A model generated the notes under the pieces. The model was not told the origin of the DNA and ran no database searches. It worked only from the letters and a program-made list of their open reading frames with translations. Shown here piece after piece: positions 13,668 through 27,113 of a DNA stretch of 64,000 nucleotides. The DNA is from Balanoglossus misakiensis. Taxonomy: Eukaryota; Animalia; Hemichordata. The stretch covers positions 6,064,301-6,128,300 of the forward strand of contig CM082577.2 of the NCBI GenBank assembly GCA_040954595.2, given 5' to 3'. The position numbers and the translations under genes were made by a program. The first letter of the stretch is position 1. Every line of letters begins with the position of its first letter.

Positions 13668-13899
13668 TTCATGACCCCCATATGACCTTGCATCCTCGTA
13701 CTTCCGTTGGTGAGAATCCACCAGGTTGACTAAAACCTCTACAAACAATCTATAATTGCAACTTTAGTCAATAAATTAGGTACTGAATTACAAAAGTGAC
13801 TCTTTTCAATAACTTTTCTTGACCCAAAATATTGAATTTTGACAACCCCATACCAACGGAAGTACAAGGATGTTGACTAGGTCATATAGGGGTCATGAA
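13668..13899. mobile_element. MITE or foldback element with ~45-bp terminal inverted repeats
   Basis: Left arm TTCATGACCCCCATATGACCTTGCATCCTCGTACTTCCGTTGGT closely matches the reverse complement of the right arm, TTCATGACCCCTATATGACCTAGTCAACATCCTTGTACTTCCGTTGGT. The interior is AT-rich and non-coding. Confidence 0.75.
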
Positions 13900-16800
13900 G
13901 GTGACATTACCCACATCACCTGTTCCCTAGATTATTCATATTATTAGAATTCCGCTTGACAGATCTTCCTGTTTCCATGGTTTCAGGCGATCGGGACTAT
14001 TTTTAAATATTTAAATATACAGGAAAACCTGATCACACGTGAGCGGAATTCAGAAATTTGCATTTCTCTCCCCAGATAGTAAGCTTATGGTTGACAGAAA
14101 TATAATCTTCTGCACCATCTTTGTCTGACGCAAATATATTAATCTTTTTCCCCGAAGTTCTCTATTACTAGTTTGAACGCCATACGTAAATAAAACGATG
14201 CGCCGACATTCTTAATTTGTCACGAAATCGGTGAGCTGTCAAGGCGTTCATGCATTTCTATTGACGTGTCTGTCTTTCCAGTGCGAAAAGTCAGCTATCT
14301 CAGGTATTCCCATTATAGGACCCCGAAAAAAAGTAATTACGAGTTTCCATTAAATTGAATTCCGACGGAATGAGAACTATGTCCCGCAAATCTTCTCTAC
14401 CTCGCGTCCATCAATCAGGTGCGTTACTTACGAGTGAGCGGAGTGACCTTGATATACACGTGTTAAATAATCCATCCACTGTGATCCAATCTCTCAGCGT
14501 ACAAGCAGACTCGATATTTAATAGAGGGCAAGAGGTCGTACACCTATCGTCACTTTTCGGTCGGCCGACGTGACTCTGCTATGATTGCAATACCGTGGTC
14601 AGGTGACATCTGGCAGGGGACCCTTTGACTTTTTACCTTGCGAACGTTCCAGGGAAAGTTCATGCGATCATCAACAGTTTGAACTTGAAAATATACATCA
14701 AACCCGTCTTCAGCAGCCAGTCAAGGGACTTTCCTAAACTGGCCTTTATAGACAGGTAATGCACATGTAAATTGCTCGGTTCCAGGTAAACTTTTTTTTG
14801 CGAGACAACGGTTTACACTTCCGTGATTTACATCAACATGTCGACCATAGCGTGAGATGACTCCGTAAAATGTCATTTCATTTGTTGCAGCAATGAAGTA
14901 AAAGTCGTTTAACGCCCTCGTCAAATTTATTTCTTCCTCCACAATCTCGTCTGGCTAAACGTGACAGCGCTGGGGATAACTCGGAGTATTTTATACAGAA
15001 GGAAACGGGGGTCGACAGGTAAAATTCTAAGTAAAACTGAGAAGTGTACATCTTTACATAATAAAAAACCCGAACATATCGTATTAATGACGAACATTTT
15101 CATTAAATAGCTGAATTCAATTACTTGCACGGGACTTTCGGTTAACTTGAATGTAATAAATTCCGAATTAATTGTCATAATTATTTAAAATAATATCGCG
15201 CCTTATCGCCTTAAGCGGCCAACTTTATACGCCGTTTCGGACTATGTTTCCGTGAATTGTGAACGCAGGTCACGACTCGTCCATTCCTTGGGGATTGATT
15301 TCGTATTCGGATTGTTTTGTTGTTCACAGATAAGACCTCGCCGTAAAAGCTTGATGGCGCTAGAATATCGCGGAATGGCTGCGGCAACCATTTTAGACTA
15401 AAAGGCCTATAAATTCGACGAGTTAACACTCGCGATAAGTCTTTTGGCGCTCTAAACGGAATGGGGATGTTGCAAATTTCGAACAGAGACCGATTCCAAC
15501 GTGAGTGATGATTTCTTTTTCAATTTTCAAAAAAGTGGCGCAGGTGATCAGACGACCACAATGCGCGCCCTTTTGAAATTCTGACAGAGCGCCTATACGA
15601 AGACTTCAGGGCGCGTCTGCGGGTCAGCAGATGAGACGGCTGAGTTCAATTCATTAAGATTCTAATCTCGGCAGTTATTTTGCACCGTGTACCGCGGTTG
15701 AATTACAAATACGGGGACTAATGATTGCAACGAACCGCCGGAAAGCACCGCTGCAGGGTGGGTAGTGGCAAAGAATCTTAGTAAACGGTGACGTCACATA
15801 CGACGCTCTTATTATTTACTACCGGACAGGCCAGAATAAAAATTACAATAAGAGGCGAGAAAAAGAAAACTTCCACGTGCATTGTAACTTAAACGGTGAA
15901 TTTCAATTACTTGTTGGTTGACTTAGAAGTAATTACATAACTGTCACTTTAAAAGTGACCCGTTGTTTCATTGCAAACCGGTGGCTTATTGACTTTAATC
16001 AAAATGCTCATTTCTTCTCCAAGTAGTACACCGACAGCCTGAGATGACAGCGCAAGCGAGGAGCGGCAAAGGAGATAAAAGCTTACCAATTTGGATCATT
16101 TTAACATGTCAATATTAATATGGCACACGTGTCAATGTATACACTTCTTGAAGGTATTACAATCCCTATTCGTTAAAACTAACATTTGCGTAAACAGGCA
16201 GAGAGATACGCAGTCCCATGTCAGTCCGCCAGTTTGTTCACTTGACTATATGCGCGAGCATTCACATCACTCATTTAGCAACCAACGCCTCCACTCTCAG
16301 GCTGTCTCGAGAGAAATCACGAAGGAATCCCTAAAGTGTGGAGAAATTAAATGACTGGTATTTACTCTGTCAGCTAGCCCATGTGTGTACTGTCAGTGTT
16401 GATTGCATTCAGGTCCGGACATGAATTCATTTGTAAATAATTACATGTAATTCACCAAACAGTTAATTAATTAATGACCATGACAGTTACTCACACACAG
16501 GCATAGTTGAAAAACATGGATGATTGGCTGTTTAGCTGAGTATGCTGCGGGAGTGTTGAACAAGATCAAGATAGTGTGGTCAAGACACAGACTGAATGGA
16601 AACACTGAAAGCGTAGCCCAAGTGTTACATCTAATGCACCTTTAAAAGCGACAACGACCATGAATATCACGGGTGAAACAATTTTGGTAGATAACGAACG
16701 GTATGACGTTTAGAAGGATTCTTTGCCTGAATGTCGCCACTGAAAGGTTATGTCAACGCCTCGGCGTTCGTCCTGAGGACTTTTCCTGCCATATAAGTAC

Positions 16801-17849
16801 ATTTAACATGTTTGCTTTTGATACATTTGTTTAGATTTCACAATCGACGGTGTATGTTTTTGAATTACTCAAGTCTGTAGCGCACTACATCAGCAAATGA
16901 GACGGAGAGTCCATCAGCGCAAAAAAAAGTCTCGAACACTCAGCAGACCTTGCCGAAGAGATAACAGAATACTGACAGCCATCGCATTAATCTCAACCCT
17001 AAAGTAGTCTGTATTCTTGACAAAAGAGACTCCTTCAACCATCTTTCACTTCAAGTATTGCTTTCAGAATGTTTTCTTACTGGCGTTATTCTCGAGCGCC
17101 AGGGAAGCACTTAGCCGACATATCGTTCAAGTACGCGCTGGCGATGACGCTGTACGCGTCGACTCTTGCGCAATCTAAACGGACACAAACATCCCGAAAT
17201 GGGGGGCTGTCGAGCACATCTCAGATCAAAATCGACCTAAAATACCGCCGAGAAGAGAAACTTATTAAGATGTATGAGGAGAGCACAATGACCTTACAGC
17301 AGCTTCGTTGCCAGGAAACAAAACTGACGTGTTACTGACAGCTGTAGTCGTCTGAACAGCCAACCAACAGTCTCTGGGTACGCTCTGGTTGACATGGAAA
17401 CGGTGAAAAGCAATAATAAGATCATAAAACCCAAAGCACATTAAAGGCAGAGTTTCGATATCAATATTCATAAAAACGAGGCGTTTTAATATTGTGCCTT
17501 CAGCAATATTTGATCAAAAATACACAAGTCGGCATCAATCTAACTCACGCGAGACATTTGATTTTCAATCGTAAAAACCACGTCGGTATTATTTTGCCTG
17601 TTGAAATGCTAGTCTTATTTTATTTTTTATTGTTTTCGTTCCGAATAAGTAGTTATATGTTTTCCTCTTGCATGTAGGAAATATAAAATAAATACGACGA
17701 TATGATCACCAGAATTCCTGTGGGTCAAATGGTCAATGACTATAGCAGTCTTGTGAGAGCAGATCTACTAGAGCGCAGCTGATGCACGATTTTTTTTCCA
17801 TTTCATGATGTCGTATCAACTGATGTATCATGTCTGCCAAGGTGCCTGC

Positions 17850-18097
17850 GTCTGTCTGTCTGTCTGTATGTATGTATGTATGTATGTATGTATGTATGTA
17901 TGTATGTATGTATGTATGTATGTATGTATGTATGTATGTATGTATGTATGTATGTATGTATGTATGTATGTATGTATGTATGTATGTATGTATGTATGTA
18001 TGTATGTATGTATGTATGTATGTATGTCTTTCTGTCCGTCCGTCCGTCCGTCCGCCTGTCTGTCTGTCCGTCTGTCTGTCTGTCCGTCTGTCTGTCT
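17850..18097. repeat. Compound microsatellite (TCTG)n(TATG)~40(TCCG/TCTG)n
   Basis: Directly visible; it explains the MYVC-repeat ORFs. Confidence 0.97.
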
Positions 18098-21000
18098 AAA
18101 ATTGGTGCAGAGGCAGTATTCAGAAAGTGCAGGTTACTTTTTATCCAACCTAACCCGACCTACATTATCGAGACTCGTTTCGCTAATTACTTTTGGTCAC
18201 ACGCTGTGTGTTCTTTAAGAATGGGTGAATCGCATTTGACATCATTGCCAGAATACACGCAAAGGGAGGAAAGAATGCATATATTTTACATTTACTTATT
18301 ATAGAGCAACGTAAGTGAAAAGTACCCACATCAGTCTAAAAGCGTCTTCAAGTTTCATACATTGCCTACAAGCGCGTGCCCAAGTCTTCTGATAGCCATG
18401 TGGTGGCACATTTTTTTCGCGTGGCCACCCAAGTGATAATATGTGATTGGCTCGATCCCCATTTTCCGTGGTAACTGTGGCCTATATATCCATGCACAGT
18501 TGACCATATTACAACTACATGTACTTTATATATTATGGACTCTCGCAATATATGGGCACAGCCAGTTGCGATGATATTGATCGTCCCAGCGGGAATATTA
18601 ATATTAATATTGAATAGCGCGCGTACATGACATACATGCATACATTTTTGTCCAAAAGCGATGACAGTTACCAAACCTAAATTGGGTAAAATGCATTATT
18701 TTCACCAGGGAGTCCAGTCTATCATTTCCCGCGCAGCCGACAGTTGGGAAAAGCTTGAGTATCAGAACAGAAAGAAAATGTTGAGAAAAGGTGAAGCAGC
18801 TCTAAATTTCACACAGCTATGATGCAACAATCTAAGCGCTAAGGCAATGCATGACGGGAAAATGTAAATCATTCTGCCACTCGCCCTTTACGACAACAGG
18901 AGAGCCACTGTGGAAATTTCAGAGACATTTTACGCTCAGAAATCAAGAATCCGTGTCTACAGGGAATTAGTGGTGAATAATATCACGGTGAAGAAAAATA
19001 AGTAGTCCATCCACCCGTACCTATAAACCATGTTTGTACAGAAATGAGGTAGGCCAATATTGGGGTCAGCCATCATGACCTATACACATTTGCCCACCGG
19101 CAAAGTGAAAAAACTCCCAGTGGACTGGTTACAGCAGAATTAATTAAATTGCAAGCAGTGTTGCGTGACATTACATTTAAATTAATTAATTGGCGAAAAC
19201 CGACGGGTATCCCCGGCTCTACGACGCGACAAGCCCGGGGACTGTTTAATACCGCGGGCACAGCCCCTGTAGTGCTGAGCAGACGACACCCGTGTCGAAA
19301 TATTGGTCTATGACGAATTGAAAGCAACAAATTATGGCGCGGGAATCGTGAGCAGCTGCGCGACTGCAACATTGCTCTTTCTTGTCCACGTGACAGCAGA
19401 GGAATTTGGGTAAATGTCAACCGTGAAAAAAAAATTAAATTCTTATACTACGTCTTTTATTCAAATGATCGATCAGTGTCAGGTGATGTCAATAGAATGC
19501 CGATAATAATCTTAGCGTAATTGCCCCAGTTGTGAAATGGCCACTTCATTAGCTGTCTTTCACGCAGCGAAGTGCAACCAAAGGGTTACAATGTTTGTCA
19601 TTAGCTTATGGGTATTTGAGGAAATGAATACGATGATGGAATGCTATTTCTTGGATAAAACGCTAATAAATTCGGGGAAATGGCCGAAAAGCATTGCGTG
19701 CGTGCATTGCTATACATGAATACCGGATTAAATGACTCACTTATGCCATTTCGGTTATTTCAGTTTCTCTAGAGAGAATCCGGGTTGGAACAACTCAACT
19801 CGCACCCTGCATAAAGAAATGACATAGTATGTAATTTATTTTGGTTTCAACCAAAAATTAAACGGTGGAAGCACTTGCATGAAATGTCCATCATTGTACA
19901 GGGCGTGCGTTGAGCTGTTACTACTGTCGAAAACAAAAATGTTGAATATTTACTGAGATTTTACTTTCAATTATGAAAGATGTCATATGGGAATCTATAT
20001 GGCGTGCTATCTCTCTTGCGAGACTTGTGATTAATTGATTAAACTCTGGCGCGCGATCTAACGCATAGCCACAAAATATTGTAGGGCAAAGAGAGGGGGC
20101 GGTCCGGCATCATTATTTTACTGGTTGCTTGAAGAGAGATCGTGATTGTTCTATTGATGCAATCAGTGTGGCAGATGAGAACTCCATCAGTAGTCAAGTC
20201 GCATCATATCTCCGTGTGAGAAATGGCGACGGATCGACACCCCTGTCGTTGGTATTAACACCTCGCAAAATGGCCACAATACAAAACCAATTTTATAATT
20301 ATAACAAAATTGATAACAAAAACCCTCTCCACAAATTACATAGAACATCGTCAGGGTTACTGAGTTTACGGGTCACGTTTACTTTTTGAAGTTAACGTGT
20401 TTCATTCTAGTGTTCAAAACGCAGGTGTGTGACTGTCAAAGAGGACACTACGTCACGCCGCATTCCAACCTTGAAAACTAACTGATTCAGCCTCTTTAAG
20501 AAAAATGAACAGCGCTGTAAGCTACTACACGACTACTCATGCAAAACACCTGAAACAAATCATGGCTAGTGGCCCTTTGAGTGGGCAGGTAATGGCCGAA
20601 GCCTCGAACTCGTCTCCGATAAAACGAATCTGCAGCTGCTAAAACGCTACAAGGCGGCCATTTGTCTTTTTGCAAATGGGCGACATGTCACTACGAGCGA
20701 ACCTACAACATGTACACTAAGTCCCCATCACTCGTTACTGTAGATGACCTCTTGCATGCATGGAGACCAAAGGCGGCGTCATGAGTTATAGTAGTAGTGG
20801 TATTGGTCATATGCATATACATGTATCTCACCAGAGACAACGAAAACCCCATCATACTATCCATTTTACGAAATCCGAGTATCTGAATTTTAGTTTGGCG
20901 TAGACGACACCATTTCCCGCCTTGACGACACCGAGCAGGCTTCGCCAGAAAGAAAGAAACGCGGCAATCCTCCTCGGCGAGAAAATAAGATTGAATAAAT

Positions 21001-24000
21001 AGGCTTCAACAAGCCTATAGATACTGCAGATAAAGAAGTCAATGTTTTCCCCCGGAGATTATTTGCGCAACTTAATCGAAACCAAAGAAAAATCCTGATA
21101 AAAGGGAAATTAAAAATGAACATCGTGCAGACAGACACCCTGACTCCTGATTACGCAGAGAAGCTGCACACGAAATATCCTGTTTATAGTATACACCAAA
21201 AAGCGAACGTTTTCTTAGAAATTGTTGTTTACTCGCAATATATTCAGCTCCCGTGTCGCTGCTCTGAAACTGAATTAAGCGGCTTGCTTTGCGCAAGACA
21301 TCACATCACAGAATCAGTAACCGTCTGTAAACCGAGAAAATGTTTCCATTGAGAAGTAATTTAATAACACGGAAGAGATATCAGCAGAATCCGTCGGGGC
21401 ATTAGTTCCGGGCACCAGAGGAAGATACTGTAGGATGCATTGTCTTTTGGTAGAACGGTGAAAGCACACGGCTTTCAGATGTCCTACGTCATAAACTACG
21501 TCATCACCTATTGAGGGGATATGAAATGGATACTGCATGAATTGTTGTATTTCTTAGAATAGAGGGGAGATCTGCGATGCGCCTATTGATAGTCATGAGT
21601 TGCTTGTAGAAAGGAATAGCGAGGTCGCATCGCTAATCACACAACCTTAAATTTCTCCAGTTACAAAATTGTATTTTCACGTTTATCTTGAAGTGGGGGG
21701 GGGGGGGGGACTTTACTTCTTTTTTTCGCGGCGAATGCGTATACATGTTCTTTTTTGCTCCGAATTCCTCTCTCTCTCCCCCTCCCCCTCTCTCTCCCTT
21801 TCTTCTTCCCATTTTTAATTTTTAACTTGGCAGAAAATTTCACTGCACTATATCACTGTATGTGTACATGCATTACTCGGCAGATCAAATTGATGAAAGT
21901 ACCGGAAATTTAATTTAGTTGATGTCCCCGTACACTGACCTATCTGACTCTGTTTATAGATAATGAAGGCATTAATGCTGACCTTTCCGTGACCCCTCGT
22001 TTCGAATTAATCCTTCTGGTAGAAATTATAGGTGATATCTTACTTTGTTCAATATAATATGACATTCACGGTTAATAGAGTTAACACAATTCATGAAAAA
22101 ATAATTTACTTAAAGTTCCCGCCAAGACGATCAACACAAAACAAAGACACGTCGACCTGCGACCGGTCACCACAGTTCATCGCACCCGAATTTGTAAAAC
22201 GGTGGTTTTTTTTTACAGTTTTCGTACACGTACGTTTCGTACGTTTTAAAGCCATTAGTGCCGCGATTACAGAGGATTACAGATTAGGCAGTAATAGTTG
22301 TTATTGATTTGATTTAGTTTGTCGTTTCACTAAATGGAGTTAAATCTCGCGGTGCTTGGGCAGCGGATACGCTGTAGTCACCGTGACGCTGCATCAGTTG
22401 GTTAATAGTAGAAGCAGTAAGCGAACTGGGGGAGTGTACGACCAAGCCAATTTACATAGATGTGAAAATATGAGGATCAAATCAAACCATGTATTTTTTG
22501 TGCAGTTCAAGCAATATCCCCATTATGTGCTAGATGTCACGTGACGAGTCAGCATGACAGGCTCAAGGGTTTGACTTGAGTCTGCGCTCTTTGGCGTTGA
22601 TGAAAATTGCCCAGCATTCCGTTTGAAGTGCCCTGCCCAAAGGCGCCAGTTGGTTAGGTCACGTGGCTATCTACGTTATATGGCAATGCTTGTACTAGTA
22701 TTTGTATTTAAGTAAAGTTGAATTGCCCAGGATATGGCATTACATTATTTATCAACCGGCAAGCGAGGTGACAAAACAGAAGGGAAAACAATGACCAAGG
22801 CTTGCAAAATCGACCATTTTCTCGCCATTTGGAATGCAATGTCGCTAATAATAAACTCGGGAATGGCATATAGCAGTCAAGCACCCGAAAGTGGTTGATA
22901 GCATCAGTCATTTTGTAGTTTCAATCATCTTCGAACAGCGACCCCAGGATCATTATCAAACCACGTGACAATTGTTCTCCGTGAACAGAAAGAGCTGTAA
23001 CAGCGGGCGCGGGAAAAACAAGCACCCTGACGTCATTGTCGCGCAAATTATCCGAGAAAACCCAACCAACCAAACAAACATCTATGTTTTCAGAAGGAGG
23101 CCCATTTGCGCTTACTGATTTTAATTTCTGAACGATGCTTTAGTCCGTCTGCATAAATATGGGAGCGGAGAAGGTTACGAGAAACATCTTACGCTTGTCA
23201 CCGAGGCTATATAAATGTCGTTCACCCATCAATGCATCGCCGTTACGCGTTGCAGCGATATTATGAACTCTATCAGGCGTGCAAAATTATCAGGTTCAAA
23301 ATATATGAGTGTTCTTTGGACACACCTCGTGCCTTATGTGATTTTTCATCGTTAACTTTTGTTGAAACACCTTTGCCGTGGGCCTCTTGATCTCGATAGT
23401 TCGATATATTCTTTTCTTGTATCTCCGTAGCCCTGCAGTACAGCACGCGTGTTAAATTATTTGCCGATGACTTGCGCTGTAAATTTGAGCACAGCTTCGG
23501 GGAAACGTTTCTTCGTCTGGCATAATCATGGGGGCCGGTTCTAGCATATTGATGTACAAATGAGTCATTTATTTAGTCCAGGGGAAATAATGACTCGGTC
23601 AGCCGAGCATCTGTTTCAGAACGATGATTGCCGACGGTTGTGGCCGTTGCGTGGCCGTGCGGTCGTCACTATCACAGCCCCAAGTTTGCTGTGATGCTGG
23701 GCTGCTTGTCTGATGTGCGCTTATGCACCATAGGAGATTTAACATTACCTCTCACCGGCTACAGAGCTTGCCCAGCTCAGTTGTGGTCAAAACGCAAGGG
23801 CATTTAGGAGCCAGATATGCGAGTTGTTCGAAAGTTCTCACTGACAGAAGCTGATATGTTGTGAAACCCCCGGATGTTGGAGATTTCTGGCAGCAGTCGA
23901 GCGATCGTTAACCTTTTAACACTTTTGTTGGGGGTGACGAGTTCAAACGTTAACACCGTGACCATTGCGAGTATTTTGCTCTGACAACAGCACAGGCGCG

Positions 24001-24989
24001 CCATTCAATAGGCTTTCCACTGAGAAAATTACTGGATAATGTGGTCCAGCTGTTTCTGTTGTACAATCCATTCTATGAAAAAAGTTGACAAAATAGTTAA
24101 TGCGGCCGTTTTCTCTCTCGATTTAGCGCGTTTGCATTTTCTCTTGTCTACGTTGCTTTTTTCTACTTCATTGTCATGGTGACGTGAATTCTTCGGCTAT
24201 AATTCCAGAGAAAGTAAGATGGAGACCAGCAACCGTGGTTTAAACACTCGCACGACAGAATCTGGGCCTGGCCTGGGGTTGGTTCACCTGGGCCTGTTTA
24301 GCATTCATCAGACGATGCAAAGCTGATCAGTGATGGCGGTGGGGTTCAGTTCAGCATTCGCCGAGCGAACGCCTCATGACTAAACGCGCCAGGCGTTGAT
24401 GGTTTCGACTCGTTAACCTTGTTGGCACACTGATCTCAATACCGGTCGGGCCGTGTCGATTTTAGCGCGCACGAATTCGTGCACGACGTTTTTTTTAATT
24501 TGTCGCGGCAATTTTCACCGCCGCACCTGGACTCTGGTTGACCCACATTCGCCCAGATCAGCTGCTAATTGAGCATGTTGAAAGTGCGCACCGTGAAAGT
24601 AATCAGTCACCTCCCGCGTCAGTGTCAACGGTCCACTCAAAAAATTCAAAATGAATGGAACATTTGATGAGCAATCTAGGACTCAGGAAGTGTATCTTGG
24701 CAGATCTCGACCTGCTAAACGTTTCACGACGCGTAGATCACACATCTCCGAGGAAAATACACGGGATGACCGTACGACTGATTAAGGTGTGCGGTACTCG
24801 CAAATGAATTATTCGCCGACTGCTGTGAAACCCAACGGGGGACTTCTAAAAATTTGTCAGAATAAATGTGTGCGCGCATTATTTAAATGACCCGGTAAAA
24901 AAAGCATTAATATATAGTAACAGATTAGCTATATCTGTCTATCAATCAGAGATGAATTATTGAAGAATAATATATCGTATTTCTCTCAC

Positions 24990-25193
24990 CTTATGAATAA
25001 TTGATTCGTCATAATCAGGATATTCATCCTTATCGCCGTCCGAGCAAGCTTGCGCGTCTTCTTCGCCTTCCCGCCAGTCGTCCGCCGTCGCGCCGAACGA
25101 ATCGTCGTAGTCGTCGGCATAGTTGCGCTGACGACCGTTGCTCATTTCCTGCATGGGTACGGCCTTGCCGTCGGTCAGTGAATCGTCAGCCAT
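24990..25193 (-). CDS. RAB26/37: Rab26/37 distal-isoform first coding exon (acidic 68-aa N-terminus)
   Basis: ATG at 25193 in good context (gcgATGg), 204 nt, MADDSLTDGK...DEYPDYDESIIHK, ending AAG|GTGAGA in phase 0. Joins in frame to the 12750 exon to give HK|TILVGDSG. PDYDESIIHK resembles PDFNDHVLHK of the human RAB37 alternative isoform as recalled. Confidence 0.85.
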
Positions 25194-25799
25194 CGCGAAT
25201 GTAGTTGACAAATATGAATGTGGTGGTGTTGCGATCTTTTCAGGGGGGAACTTGCCCCACGCAGAAGCGAATACACCTATTAAAGAGAGGATGTCTGCCC
25301 GGCTGTGCTTCGAGATAATAGGCTAACACTACTTCAATTCAACGCGGCTGGGCTAACGACCTATTGTCGGTGGAATATTCGACGTATCAACAGCGCGTTT
25401 GATATTTCTTGCGGCGAAAGGCTCTCTGCCACGCTGTTATACAAGCGTCGAGCGTATCTCCGTGCAGCTGTAGCTCCGAATAGGCTGCCTGTCGCCAATT
25501 CCGATGCACTTACTCGAGGCAACAATGAGAAGCTGTTGAATGGGCAGTCCAGCTGGGATGAGGGATGGACGTAGGAGACTCCCCAGGCTCCGAGATTTCG
25601 CATTCGAGTCGCGTCGACGACATGCAAGTTGGCAATGGAGTTGCAAGTCTCTGAGCTGTCTATCACAGGTCAAGCTCCCACTCGCCAGCGACTGAAGCGT
25701 GCACCGGCTATTTCAAAGCAACGTCGTCCGCCGTACGCGTCCAACCCAACTGGAGCGCTGCAAATCCCCCAGAAGACAGAACAACTACAGCAGCCCCGT

Positions 25800-26244
25800 A
25801 TTTCTATGGTAACCACTTCTCTCATGTAGGGTACTGTGTCACGTTATGGAAGGCGGCCGCGAAGTCAGTCAGTCAAGCTGTCCCGATCACAGCCGCTGTT
25901 CGTCTCAAACCAGGTGTTACATTCCCCATCCCTCGCATCTATAGCAACGCTACCCCTTCATAAAAAATGGTTCGTTCCCACAGCTTGATGAGCCACCTTG
26001 TTTCTTGATGGTTATAATAATTATTATTTTCACTTCGATATTAATACCGTGATATTTTCCTCGACAAAAATGACGTGTCCATTTAAATAATTGATTTTGC
26101 AGACAGACAACATCCACGAGAATGATACACGTCTGAAAATTATGACGTGTCTTGTTTTTCCTCCCAATTTTCTGGACAGAATTATTTTCATGTCAAGGAA
26201 AATTAGCTAAATTGAAAATTAATGAGTCTTGATCGTGACGTGTC
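25800..26244 (-). promoter_or_regulatory. Candidate upstream regulatory region of the distal Rab26/37 promoter
   Basis: X-box-like GTTACCATAGAAAT (25800-25813) and GTTGCTATAGATGC (25935-25948) on the minus strand, plus three TGACGTGTC copies at 26071, 26143 and 26236. CpG-rich sequence extends from about 24990 to 25900. Confidence 0.4.
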
Positions 26245-26966
26245 CTCATTGCAATTTTTGTCACGTTTATTTAATTTTCACCGTGGTTCGGTTGACACGG
26301 GCGAGGATTAAGCTATCGGACGCTACGAGCTGAGAAAAAAATCACCAGGTTCATTTGATAGTTTCGTTTGATAAAATATTGACGGCAAACATCTCCAGAT
26401 CTTTGTGTCATTTTCTCTGCAGCCAATAGGTTTGTATCCTCCTGTAGTTGGTTATATAAACGTGGCCGCCGGACGACCCTGGGTCGAAGGTCAATGTCAC
26501 GTGAAGTGCTCAGTCGGTTGAAAAAAATAACATGGCTGACAGCTTCTTTCCAGTATGTGACGAGAACGAACTGATAGAGTCCACTATTTTTTTAATTATG
26601 GACGTACATTTGGAAATAAAATTGGGTCAAACCACGGCCCGGTTGGATAATTAGGTCAATGGCATCTTTGAAAGTGATGGAAAACAATTAATACATCTTT
26701 GAGAAGTCTGTAATAGTCGTGTAAAGGATAAGCTGATACGACAGGGAATTTTCTTGCATCGCTTATGTATATAAGTTCACGGTCTGGAAAAGGTCACGGC
26801 CAAATTTATTTGCAAAACCAAGTCCATCCGCTTGCATTTTGGTCAATACCTTGGATCAACAGTTACTGCATTAATTTATAGCCAAGTCAAAGGGAAGTAA
26901 GCTTTATATATAACAACGGAGAAAGTCACCAGGAAGACAATCGTTGACCAGTTTTGAACAAGTTCA

Positions 26967-27113
26967 TAAATACAGAAAAATACAGAAATACATACAGCAA
27001 TATAGAAATACGTATACAGTTATACAAACAGCAGCAATACACAAATACATACAGAAATGAATACCGAAATACAGATAGAGATAGAAATACAGAAGCCGGA
27101 TACAGAAATACAT
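26967..27113. repeat. Degenerate AAATAC(A/G)-type low-complexity tandem repeat
   Basis: Recurring AAATACAG, GAAATACA and GATAC units over about 150 bp. Confidence 0.75.

Noticed and set aside
17805-18304. ORFs of 89-142 aa with MYVC repeats
   Set aside because: They are translations of the (TATG)n microsatellite.
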